A stretch of 36,214 nt of DNA from a virus (IMGVR_UViG_3300042366_000091:1-36214); one strand, 5' to 3'; shown: positions 1 through 7,194, counted from the first letter of the stretch. Notes: a model not told the origin generated them from the letters alone. Made by a program: numbers and translations.

Positions 1-2
1 TC

Positions 3-62
3 GCTCCTCGGGTGCATGACTTGTGGGCGATAGAAATTAGAAAAGTTATCAGGGAAAGATAA
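3..62 (+). CDS. 3' fragment of a gene (APRVHDLWAIEIRKVIRER*), alternative allele at the HNH position
   Basis: Open frame ending in TAA at 60-62; last codons resemble the HNH ORF end (ITRVIQQR*) in the same context. Confidence 0.5.
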   Translation, partial: APRVHDLWAIEIRKVIRER

Positions 63-93
63 CTTGCTTAACTTTCACATAAAGGATGTTTCC

Positions 94-327
94 ATGACTT
101 GGCCCTTCCCCCCGTTCCCCAACCCCCTAGACCGTCCTGGGCAAACCCCAGGCCAGAGCATGAGCAAAGAAGAAGTTATCAACGCCCTCAAGCTGGCGCA
201 GGACGCGCTGCATATGGCTACGCTGCCTTTCCCGATTGATGAGGTGAAGACGCAACGTGCGCTTGAGGCGGTGAGCAAGGTACTTATGTATATCCCAGGA
301 GATGATGATGAGCCAGCCCCCTATTGA
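94..327 (+). CDS. Small Pro-rich hypothetical protein (MTWPFPPFPNP...), long allele, 77 aa
   Basis: ATG at 94 after the GGATGTTTCC leader; short allele at 35892-36002. Confidence 0.65.
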   Translation: MTWPFPPFPNPLDRPGQTPGQSMSKEEVINALKLAQDALHMATLPFPIDEVKTQRALEAVSKVLMYIPGDDDEPAPY

Positions 328-517
328 CAAAGGAGTGCCTATCCCTAACCGCTTCCCCTTTGAGCAAATGGAGGTAGGCGATAGCTTTGCAGTCCCAGAC
401 GGACTGAACAGGACTACCGTATCTGTGGCTGCTAAGCGGTACGGTAGGAAGAACGATAGAGAGTTCATCACAAGGACTATGCCCGACAAGACTGTCAGAT
501 GCTGGAGGACAAAATGA
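308..517 (+). CDS. Small putative DNA-binding protein (IDKGVPIP...FPFEQMEVGDSF family, DUF7303-like)
   Basis: Motif shared with paralog 32586-32810; all 8 differences to the allele at 35983-36192 are synonymous. Confidence 0.85.
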   Translation: MSQPPIDKGVPIPNRFPFEQMEVGDSFAVPDGLNRTTVSVAAKRYGRKNDREFITRTMPDKTVRCWRTK

Positions 518-720
518 ATGTTGGAGATATCGTGCAGGTCAATCCTGAAAAAGAAATGTTCGGTGCTTGCCTAGTTGTAGTCACTGAGGTCAAGACCTGG
601 GGCATACAAGGCTATGTCCAGAATGCGGGTGTAGCTGGTCAGGCTTACATCCGTCTGAAGACAGAAGACTTTGAACCAACTGGTGGCACTGTTGTGTGGA
701 TTGCTGGGAGTGAAGAATGA
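514..720 (+). CDS. Hypothetical protein (MNVGDIVQV..., SH3-like)
   Basis: ATGA overlap with upstream stop, GGAGG upstream; stop overlaps next ATG. Confidence 0.75.
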   Translation: MNVGDIVQVNPEKEMFGACLVVVTEVKTWGIQGYVQNAGVAGQAYIRLKTEDFEPTGGTVVWIAGSEE

Positions 721-1172
721 GCATCCCTGCAATGAAGCTGGCGCTGGAGGCGCTGGAGCATGAAGCCAATAAAGGCAACGACAACGCATATCAGCGTGAG
801 CGTGATGCCCTCCGCACCGCCATCGCAGAGGCTGAGAAGCAGGAGCCTCGGTGCGCGGTAATCGTGGAGGTGTTCGGAAAAGACTGGCGACTCGACTATA
901 TGTCGCTCCCCGTTGGAAAGCACAGGCTCTACACACAGAATTATGTCTACACCACCCCACCCGCAGCACAGCAGGGTATGACTATTGACGCATCTGCCCC
1001 GATTGTGATGACGCCGCATCCTGCGTTTGCCCACCGATCCGCAGCACAGCGCCAGCCGCTGACGGATGAGCAGATCGACGCAGTATGTGCGCCGCTGGGG
1101 TTTGCCCAACTGTCGCCGCGAGAAGTTGCCCGCGCCATCGAAGCCGCCCACGGCATCAAAGGGGCATCATGA
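717..1172 (+). CDS. Phage hypothetical protein (ALEALE...EP...PLTDEQI...ARAIEAAHGI modular family)
   Basis: Coupled start and stop; motifs typical of betaproteobacterial phage accessory genes; GC-richer than neighbours. Confidence 0.8.
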   Translation: MSIPAMKLALEALEHEANKGNDNAYQRERDALRTAIAEAEKQEPRCAVIVEVFGKDWRLDYMSLPVGKHRLYTQNYVYTTPPAAQQGMTIDASAPIVMTPHPAFAHRSAAQRQPLTDEQIDAVCAPLGFAQLSPREVARAIEAAHGIKGAS

Positions 1173-1369
1173 GCTGGAAACTTGTTGGCTTTGCCTCTGA
1201 GGCTGGCAATTTTGTTCAGCACATTGTGCCGACAGATGACTTGTACGAACACGAGTTAATGCCAAGCTGCTGGTGTGCTCCAAAAATTGACCCCGGTGAT
1301 TTTCTTGCCATCCACAACAGCGCAGATAACCGCGAGGCATTTGAGCGCGGAGAAAGGAAATCATCATGA
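1169..1369 (+). CDS. Hypothetical protein with H..P.DDL.EH...CWC.P...HNS.D motif (possible metal binding)
   Basis: ATGA coupling at both ends. Confidence 0.75.
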   Translation: MSWKLVGFASEAGNFVQHIVPTDDLYEHELMPSCWCAPKIDPGDFLAIHNSADNREAFERGERKSS

Positions 1370-1641
1370 GTGGCGACCACAACATGAACCAGAAACGCAT
1401 GAGAACCCACAAAGACAAGCTACAGGCGCTGCTCAGTTACCTGAGCATCAACGTCTCCATTACGTCTCACCGGCTGATGGCTGAAAAAGCGTACGACATG
1501 GATGATGAGACATGGAGTTGGCACTGCCTACTTCTGTGGGCCGTAGACAAGGATGACCGCGCTCAGTTGTGGAAGTGGTTTCACAAGGAGTATCACGATG
1601 CCGTCATGCTCAAGGAGGGCTACTATGACTCGTACAAATGA
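1366..1641 (+). CDS. Hypothetical protein
   Basis: AAGGA SD, ATGA coupling, 91 aa. Confidence 0.7.
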   Translation: MSGDHNMNQKRMRTHKDKLQALLSYLSINVSITSHRLMAEKAYDMDDETWSWHCLLLWAVDKDDRAQLWKWFHKEYHDAVMLKEGYYDSYK

Positions 1642-1665
1642 CATCATCCGAGCAAGGGGGCAAGA

Positions 1666-1815
1666 ATGACCGTCTCGTGGTATGACGTAGCACTGTGCTT
1701 AGCTGGCTTGTGCCTAGCTGTGTGGATAGCTATAAAAATAGATGACTTCGTTGCCTGCGAGGACTGTGACTCTGACTGCAATCAAGGACGTAACTGCAAG
1801 AAAGACAGACTATGA
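1666..1815 (+). CDS. Small membrane protein with C-terminal CNQGRNC motif (49 aa; not in ORF track)
   Basis: MTVSWYDVALCLAGLCLAVWIAIKIDDFVACEDCDSDCNQGRNCKKDRL; AAGGGGG SD; stop overlaps ATG 1812. Confidence 0.7.
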   Translation: MTVSWYDVALCLAGLCLAVWIAIKIDDFVACEDCDSDCNQGRNCKKDRL

Positions 1816-2027
1816 AAGACTACCTAGATGAACGACTGCAAGAACTCAGGAAACGATACAAGAACAGTGGAGAGATACGCTGGCTACACCGCTACAACGA
1901 GGTTATGCATATCCGTGAGAGGTTTGTCCTACGACAGATCGACAGCGAACAAAATGTTGGACAACGTGAAAGAAGGACAGTACTTGCCCCCGAACATCCT
2001 GACACTAGCTCTGCAAGCCACGGGTGA
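1812..2027 (+). CDS. Hypothetical protein
   Basis: ATGA coupling with upstream gene; 3' half overlaps a second plausible ORF. Confidence 0.6.
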   Translation: MKDYLDERLQELRKRYKNSGEIRWLHRYNEVMHIRERFVLRQIDSEQNVGQRERRTVLAPEHPDTSSASHG

Positions 2028-2037
2028 CCTGCCATGA
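1915..2037 (+). CDS. Small hypothetical protein (...ANKMLDNVKEG...LALQATGDLP); start uncertain
   Basis: GTG at 1915 with GAGG upstream; stop overlaps ATG 2034. Confidence 0.45.
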   Translation: MRGLSYDRSTANKMLDNVKEGQYLPPNILTLALQATGDLP

Positions 2038-2270
2038 CACCAGCAAAAATGTTTGACGGCGACCTTTGGATGCTTGCATCTGATGCAGTCAAGATGGCCG
2101 AGAACGCTTACAAAAAAGGACAAACTGACGAGCGTGAGGCGTGTGCGAAGGTGTGTGATGAATATTCAGTAACTGAAAACATAGGAGAATTTGATCGTGG
2201 CTGGATATCTTGTGCAAAAAATATGGTCGCCACCATCCGAGCAAGAACGAAAGGAGAAACAAACACTTGA
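2034..2270 (+). CDS. Phage hypothetical protein (EREACAKVCD...IRAR family)
   Basis: Recognisable motif; ATGA coupling. Confidence 0.8.
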   Translation: MTPAKMFDGDLWMLASDAVKMAENAYKKGQTDEREACAKVCDEYSVTENIGEFDRGWISCAKNMVATIRARTKGETNT

Positions 2271-2295
2271 CAAGCCACTTCTAATCATCTAATCT
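2267..2295 (+). promoter_or_regulatory. Sigma70-type promoter for the recombination operon
   Basis: TTGACA (2267-2272), 17 nt, TAATCT (2290-2295), in the gap before ATG 2329. Confidence 0.7.
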
Positions 2296-2328
2296 TCTCA
2301 TCTCATCCTAACTCAACTGGAGGTTTCC

Positions 2329-2577
2329 ATGAAATTCTGTGTTAACTGTGCCAACTTTGTCCTGCAAGACAAGCTAGAACATCGCCCTGACCTGGGGCTG
2401 TGCAGCCGTGTAGATGGGTCTAGGGACCTTGTAACAGGAGCCTGGGAGGACGGACGTAGGTGGCAGTGGGCAAAGGTCGTACGCTCGCCTTACGCACCTT
2501 CTGACGGCCCTGCATACTGCGGTCCTCAAGGCAAGTACTGGGTAGCTAAGGAGGAGGACGGTCATGTCGGATTTTGA
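2329..2577 (+). CDS. Cys-rich hypothetical protein (CVNC...C...CGPQGKYW)
   Basis: GGAGGTTTCC leader; CxxC motif. Confidence 0.8.
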   Translation: MKFCVNCANFVLQDKLEHRPDLGLCSRVDGSRDLVTGAWEDGRRWQWAKVVRSPYAPSDGPAYCGPQGKYWVAKEEDGHVGF

Positions 2578-3463
2578 CCACTCCTTCCGTAAGCAAGCAT
2601 GGTGGTCTAGCGATACACGCAAGGCCGTCAACGGGAAAGCTAACGAAGTCATCCTCCAAAAGCTCGACATGATGGAGGTAGAAGACCTGTCTGACGTAGA
2701 AGCTGTCCAGATGGGTCATGTGATGGAGCCTGTTATCGGCAGGCTTGCTGAACAAAAGCTAGGGGTACAACTCACAAAGGTAGAAGAGTTCAGGACTCAC
2801 CCGAAAGAGTCTTGGTTGCGTAGCCACTTTGACTTTGCAGGTACACAAAATGGTGAGACGATTCTTGTCGAATGCAAGAACTACAACGCTGCTGTGCGTT
2901 CAAAGTTTGACGCAGAAGCTGGCATCATCCCTGTATCTGACATGGCTCAGCTTGTCCACGAAGCTACGGTGTTCGGCGTTAGGAAGATTTATCTGGCTGT
3001 TCTATTCGGTGGTCAAGAGTTCTTCCTCGCACCTTTCAACATTGCTGACGAACAAAAGCAAGACCTGATAAAGCAGATGGCCGTTTACTGGGCAGCAGTG
3101 CAAAGCAGGACTCCCCTGCCAGCATCTTCTACCAGTGAAGCCAAGCTCATGTTCCCAACGTCAGCACCAGACACAACTGTCCTGGCTGACTCTACGATGG
3201 AAGAACTGGCTACTCAACTCTTTCGCGTCAACGCAGAGCGCAAGGCGCTGGAGACAGCGGAAGACACGCTCAAAGCTGCAATCCAACAAAGGATGGGAAG
3301 CAAAGCCGCTCTTGTTGACATTGCAGGCAACGTGCTAGCGACATGGAAGAACGATAAGGCAAGCATGAAGTTTGACCAAAAGCTCTTCCAGCAGTCCATG
3401 CCTGACATCTACAAACAGTTTGTGCGTGAGGTTCCTGGCCCACGTAAATTTCTTATCAAGTAG
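2564..3463 (+). CDS. YqaJ-like viral recombinase exonuclease (lambda-exonuclease family)
   Basis: GHVMEP, HPKESWLRSHFDF, ILVECKN, AQLVHE, YLAVLFGGQEF motifs; next to RecT-like gene. Confidence 0.9.
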   Translation: MSDFDHSFRKQAWWSSDTRKAVNGKANEVILQKLDMMEVEDLSDVEAVQMGHVMEPVIGRLAEQKLGVQLTKVEEFRTHPKESWLRSHFDFAGTQNGETILVECKNYNAAVRSKFDAEAGIIPVSDMAQLVHEATVFGVRKIYLAVLFGGQEFFLAPFNIADEQKQDLIKQMAVYWAAVQSRTPLPASSTSEAKLMFPTSAPDTTVLADSTMEELATQLFRVNAERKALETAEDTLKAAIQQRMGSKAALVDIAGNVLATWKNDKASMKFDQKLFQQSMPDIYKQFVREVPGPRKFLIK

Positions 3464-3474
3464 GAGGTTTCCTA

Positions 3475-3648
3475 ATGTTCATCTCGAAAGCAGAGAAACA
3501 AGACATACATAGCAAGCTAGAGCTTCTGGAAAACGCTGTAGCTAACCTGACCATCATCATAGAAAAACTGTTAGAGCCAGCACCGTACGGTAGGTGCAAA
3601 GACGGAACACCACGTATGAAACCTGGACGTAAAGGAGTAAAGAAATGA
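3475..3648 (+). CDS. 57-aa protein with APYG...DGTP..KPGRK (AT-hook-like) tail; not in ORF track
   Basis: GGAGGTTTCC leader, ATG 3475, stop overlaps ATG 3645. Confidence 0.75.
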   Translation: MFISKAEKQDIHSKLELLENAVANLTIIIEKLLEPAPYGRCKDGTPRMKPGRKGVKK

Positions 3649-4526
3649 GCAACATCGTACCCTTCTCAGAGATTGAGAACATGGGCCTAGTAGCTGCCAA
3701 GTCAAAGCTGTTCGGGTTCAAAACACCAGAAGAAGCTATGTCTATCATGCTTCTGTGCCAAGCAGAGAACCTGCATCCTGCTGTAGCTATGCGTGACTAC
3801 CATGTCATCCAGGGTCGTCCTGCCCTGAAAGCAGACGCAATGCTTGCAAGGTTTCAGGCTGCTGGTGGCAAGGTGGACTGGAAGGTCTACACGAATGAGC
3901 AAGTCACAGGACTCTTCTCTCATCCACAAGGCGGTAGCCTAGAAGTGACATGGACTATCAGTCAGGCCAAGTCGATAGGTATTGCCAATAAAGACAACTG
4001 GCGTAACTACCCTCGCGCCATGCTACGTGCAAGGGTTCTGTCAGAAGGTATCCGCGCTGTCTACCCTGGCGTAGTTGTAGGTGTCTACACGCCAGAAGAA
4101 GTACAGGACTTCGAGCCTGCCAAGCCTGCTGCTGCTGTAGATATGGGTGTGGCAGAGCGGGTAGATGCACAACCTGTTGTTGTTGAAGAGAAGAACGACG
4201 GGGCTTTCAAGCTCTACGTTCCTGGCAATGACAAGCCATACAACAGCTTCTACTCAGAGGAAGACTGGATTGCCGCATATAGTGGTCTAGTTGCCCGTAT
4301 ATCCTCCTCTAGCAAGCTCACAGAGACTGAGAAGACGAGCAAGTACCTAGCCCTGCAAGAAGCAAACAAAGACGTTGTAGAGGCTTTTATGAGCATTCAC
4401 AAGGTCAAGCTGAAAGGGGAGATTGTCAAGGCTGGAGGGCATACCAACCCAAAGTCGCAGATGTCCCCGTCAGGTATGGATTCGCTACAAAGCGATCCAG
4501 AATTCTGCGACACCTACGAGAAGTAG
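3645..4526 (+). CDS. RecT/Red-beta-like single-strand annealing protein
   Basis: HVIQGRPAL, NWRNYPRAMLRAR, GVYTPEE motifs; downstream of YqaJ. Confidence 0.85.
   Translation: MSNIVPFSEIENMGLVAAKSKLFGFKTPEEAMSIMLLCQAENLHPAVAMRDYHVIQGRPALKADAMLARFQAAGGKVDWKVYTNEQVTGLFSHPQGGSLEVTWTISQAKSIGIANKDNWRNYPRAMLRARVLSEGIRAVYPGVVVGVYTPEEVQDFEPAKPAAAVDMGVAERVDAQPVVVEEKNDGAFKLYVPGNDKPYNSFYSEEDWIAAYSGLVARISSSSKLTETEKTSKYLALQEANKDVVEAFMSIHKVKLKGEIVKAGGHTNPKSQMSPSGMDSLQSDPEFCDTYEK
4434..4454 (+). promoter_or_regulatory. Putative programmed -1 ribosomal frameshift signal
   Basis: Internal SD GGAGG (4434-4438), 9 nt, then X XXY YYZ heptamer C CCA AAG (4448-4454) phased in the RecT frame. Confidence 0.7.
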
Positions 4527-4678
4527 GACCGCTTACACAGAAGCAGTCGTATGAGCTTTACAGGGACACAAGGCTTGCAGCACATATCGAAGTCTTTCGA
4601 AAACAAGGACATCGAATCACTACGGAAGATGTTAGTCAGGGTGGGTCGGTCTTTGCCAGATACCACTATCAACCATGA
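4448..4678 (+). CDS. Winged helix-turn-helix domain (HTH_39-like) in the -1 frame, no start codon; probable frameshift extension of RecT
   Basis: PKVADVPVRYGFATKRSRILRHLREVGPLTQKQSYELYRDTRLAAHIEVFRKQGHRITTEDVSQGGSVFARYHYQP*; no ATG/GTG/TTG after in-frame stop 4328-4330. Confidence 0.75.
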   Translation, partial: PKVADVPVRYGFATKRSRILRHLREVGPLTQKQSYELYRDTRLAAHIEVFRKQGHRITTEDVSQGGSVFARYHYQP

Positions 4679-4688
4679 AAGGAAAGTG

Positions 4689-4997
4689 ATGGCTGAACAT
4701 AAAGAGATGCCCGGAAAAGGCGTTATGTTTTACGAGGAGAAGGCCAAGCGTAAGAGCGACAAAGGCCCGGACTACAAAGGCTTCCTAGTTCTGGAGATGG
4801 ACTACAAAGCTGGTGACAAGCTCAAGCTCAGCGCGTGGGAAAAGCCAACCAGTATGGGCTACAACCTTCTGTCTCTGGCAGAAGACAACTGGGCACGAAA
4901 GCAGAAAGAAACACCCAGAGAGGTGCGGTCAGGCTACCAACGCAGGGAGAACAACGACTATGCGTATCGGCCTAAAGACTCTGACGTGCCTTTCTGA
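4689..4997 (+). CDS. Putative ssDNA-binding protein (PDYKG motif, acidic DSDVPF tail)
   Basis: AAGGA SD before ATG 4689; SSB-like C-terminus; position after SSAP. Confidence 0.7.
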   Translation: MAEHKEMPGKGVMFYEEKAKRKSDKGPDYKGFLVLEMDYKAGDKLKLSAWEKPTSMGYNLLSLAEDNWARKQKETPREVRSGYQRRENNDYAYRPKDSDVPF

Positions 4998-5320
4998 TGT
5001 CAACAAAGACATCGCCCACACAGCGTTCTCTAGCTTACCTGCGTGAGCAGGGCTACCACTGCGAGGTGGTGGAGAAGTGGAACAGCTTTACCAAACAGCG
5101 TAAAGACCTGTGGGGGTGGTGCGATATCCTTGCCATCCGTAAAGGAGAAGTCCTGGCAGTGCAGGTCACAGCCTCTGCTGTCAGTGACAGGATAAAGAAA
5201 ATCATGGCATCTGACACACTAGTTCTCGTCAGAGATGCTGGTATCAGAATCGAAGTTCACGGCTGGCGAAAGTCAGCAAAGACAAACAAGTACGTACTTA
5301 GGATAGAGGACATATCATGA
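4997..5320 (+). CDS. PD-(D/E)XK nuclease, VRR-NUC/Holliday-junction-resolvase-like
   Basis: LREQGY..EVVE, DLWGWCDILAI, AVQVT motifs. Confidence 0.75.
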   Translation: MSTKTSPTQRSLAYLREQGYHCEVVEKWNSFTKQRKDLWGWCDILAIRKGEVLAVQVTASAVSDRIKKIMASDTLVLVRDAGIRIEVHGWRKSAKTNKYVLRIEDIS

Positions 5321-5499
5321 CTCAACAAATCGAAATCAAACCATCGCAGAAGTCTCTGGAAAAGGGACGTAACGCTGTAGAGTACAGCCAGAACCTTATC
5401 AACATGAGCCTACAGCAACTGTGGAACATCGCGTATACGTCCGGGTATGAGGATGCTATAGCGCAGCTTAGTCAGCCAGTAGATGCACCGTCGCAATGA
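5317..5499 (+). CDS. Hypothetical protein
   Basis: GAGGA SD, ATGA coupling. Confidence 0.7.
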   Translation: MTQQIEIKPSQKSLEKGRNAVEYSQNLINMSLQQLWNIAYTSGYEDAIAQLSQPVDAPSQ

Positions 5500-5502
5500 C
5501 GG

Positions 5503-5562
5503 GAGTTAGGACGCTGCCGGTGGACAGCGGTACTGGCTTCCACCACCCTACCTAACTCGGAG
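5503..5562 (+). promoter_or_regulatory. Structured (pseudoknot) leader of the glycosyltransferase gene
   Basis: GAGTTAGG/CCTAACTC, CGCTG/CAGCG, loop GGTGGA/TCCACC; SD GGAG directly after. Confidence 0.5.
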
Positions 5563-5567
5563 TAAAC

Positions 5568-6323
5568 ATGGAAGAAGAAAAGAAGCCTCACGTATTCCTG
5601 GCAACACCTATGTATGGTGGCATGTGTACAGGGTTCTTCACACAGTCCCTCATCACTGCCGCTAAAGTGCTTACAGAGAACAACGTAGAACTGTCTGTGT
5701 CGTTCCTCTTTAACGAGTCACTCATCCAGCGTGGCCGTAACCTGCTAGCTCACCAGTTCATGCAGAACAACGCAGCTACTCACCTGATGTTTATAGATGC
5801 AGACATCAAGTTCAACCCTGCTGACATCGTTCACATGCTCAGAGCAGACAAGGACATCATCTGCGGCATCTACCCTAAAAAGGAAATCAACTGGCATGCA
5901 GTTGAGCAAGCAGTCAAAGATGGTGTGCCTGTAGACCAACTCAAGAACAAGACTGGTTCGATGGTGGTCAATCTCGTAGGCTACGAAGGACAGGTCACAG
6001 TGCCTGCTCACGAGCCTCTGGAAATCTGGAATGGTGGCACAGGCTTCATGCTTATCAAGAAGGAAGTTCTTGTGAAGATGAAGGAGCAACTTCCTGCCTA
6101 CCGCAACGATGTAAAGGTTCTGTCCGGTGAAATCACAGACTGGATTACCGAGTACTTCGCCTGCGCTATAGAGCCAGGAGTGCAGAGACTCCTGTCAGAA
6201 GACTACTACTTCTGCTGGAAAGCAAGAGAGATGGGTATCAAGATTCACGCTGCACCCTGGGTCAACCTGGGGCATTTCGGAAGCTACCTCTTTGAAGGTG
6301 GCTTGCTGCCTAACGCTTCTTAG
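5568..6323 (+). CDS. GT-A fold glycosyltransferase (GT2/Anp1-like)
   Basis: ATPMYGG, ESLIQRGRN, HLMFIDADI (DxD), GTGFMLI, LSEDYYFC motifs. Confidence 0.85.
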   Translation: MEEEKKPHVFLATPMYGGMCTGFFTQSLITAAKVLTENNVELSVSFLFNESLIQRGRNLLAHQFMQNNAATHLMFIDADIKFNPADIVHMLRADKDIICGIYPKKEINWHAVEQAVKDGVPVDQLKNKTGSMVVNLVGYEGQVTVPAHEPLEIWNGGTGFMLIKKEVLVKMKEQLPAYRNDVKVLSGEITDWITEYFACAIEPGVQRLLSEDYYFCWKAREMGIKIHAAPWVNLGHFGSYLFEGGLLPNAS

Positions 6324-6459
6324 CAGTACGTGCAGACTTGCGAAAAGCCTCGGCAGTAGGGTAACCAGCCTGCCCAGGCTTCTTCGCAGGCAGTCCTGCT
6401 TTCCTGCGCTTGTTGATGTTGTAGTACAGGCCGCGCTTAGCTTTAGGTGTCTTCTTCAT
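6310..6459 (-). CDS. 49-aa highly basic protein (MKKTPKAKRGLYYNINKRRK...SARTAKKR); not in ORF track
   Basis: ATG overlaps upstream TGA; GLY.NI..RR...K and AF.KSA.TAK motifs. Confidence 0.8.
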   Translation of the reverse strand: MKKTPKAKRGLYYNINKRRKAGLPAKKPGQAGYPTAEAFRKSARTAKKR

Positions 6460-6686
6460 CTGCATCCCCAGCGTTTACGAGCAGCCTTGCCACGCTCACC
6501 CTTCCACGACTTGCTGCGAGCGCAGAAGGCTTTCTGACGAGGACCAGACTTGGTGGGAGCTTTAAGGTTAGAGCCTGTAGCCCTGTTTGCCTTAGCCCTT
6601 CCTTTGGCAGTCAGGCCAGCGCCTTTGCTTGCAGGCAACTTCTCGCCTCTTCCTACAGACAGGTTAGGGAACTTCTTACGAGCCAT
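6456..6686 (-). CDS. 76-aa basic protein (GLTAKGR...NLKAP...FCAR...RWGC; DUF6321-like)
   Basis: ATG at 6686 overlapping endolysin end; recognisable phage motif. Confidence 0.8.
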   Translation of the reverse strand: MARKKFPNLSVGRGEKLPASKGAGLTAKGRAKANRATGSNLKAPTKSGPRQKAFCARSKSWKGERGKAARKRWGCR

Positions 6687-7194
6687 CACACATCCCCTTA
6701 CATTCTTCTTCAACAGAGTCAAGCCTACGCATCCAACCTTTGCCAAACGTAGGAAAGGATGACAGAGATTTGTAGAAGGATTCCCGGTGGTGACAGAACT
6801 CAGCAATGATGGTTGCAGGCTCTTTGTTCGCAACTGCTGCCAGGGTTGCAGGGCCGATACTGCCGTCTTGCTTTACTCCCACAACCCTCTGTAGAAATTT
6901 ACTAGACTGACCAACACCAGAGTTAACAGCACAGTCAAAGACACAAAGGTCAACGCCGCTAGGAAGGTCATCACCGCGCACAGCATCCCAGTAGCGTTTC
7001 TTGTAAAGCGGAGAAACCTGCTCAACAGTGAGCGAGCGCATGTCTTGCTCTGTTGCTGGTCTGCCGATCCATTCTTCCCAGACACGCTTGGTCACTCCCA
7101 GGTTCGTCATCCCGCCTGGGTCAGAAGGGTGATTGACATAACCGCCCTCGTACTTGAGAACGTGTTTGAGAGCTTCTTCCCAGTTCTGTTTCAT
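6676..7194 (-). CDS. Endolysin, glycoside hydrolase family 108 with PG-binding_3 domain
   Basis: EGGYVNHPSDPGGMTNLGVT, FDCAVNSG, DGSIGPAT, FGKGWMRR. Confidence 0.95.
   Translation of the reverse strand: MKQNWEEALKHVLKYEGGYVNHPSDPGGMTNLGVTKRVWEEWIGRPATEQDMRSLTVEQVSPLYKKRYWDAVRGDDLPSGVDLCVFDCAVNSGVGQSSKFLQRVVGVKQDGSIGPATLAAVANKEPATIIAEFCHHRESFYKSLSSFPTFGKGWMRRLDSVEEECKGMCDGS

Larger units (their letters stand above)
30..539. repeat. Left copy of imperfect terminal repeat (right copy ~35817-36214)
   Basis: Manual alignment: 118 bp identical (422-539 vs 36097-36214); upstream differences are mostly synonymous, plus one indel block. Confidence 0.95.

Noticed and set aside
324-351. TTGACA promoter-like hexamer
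   Set aside because: Inside coding sequence (ATT GAC AAA) with no good -10 at the right spacing.
94-421. Diversity-generating retroelement TR/VR pair with 35892-36096
   Set aside because: Differences are third-position and not adenine-specific; no reverse transcriptase in the genome.
4551-4688. N-terminal extension of the 148-aa ORF in the track
   Set aside because: Overlaps the wHTH frame; SD and family motif point to ATG 4689.
5503-5558. HDV-like/theta ribozyme
   Set aside because: Helix order A-B-C-B'-C'-A' does not match the HDV nested double pseudoknot; no tRNA nearby.
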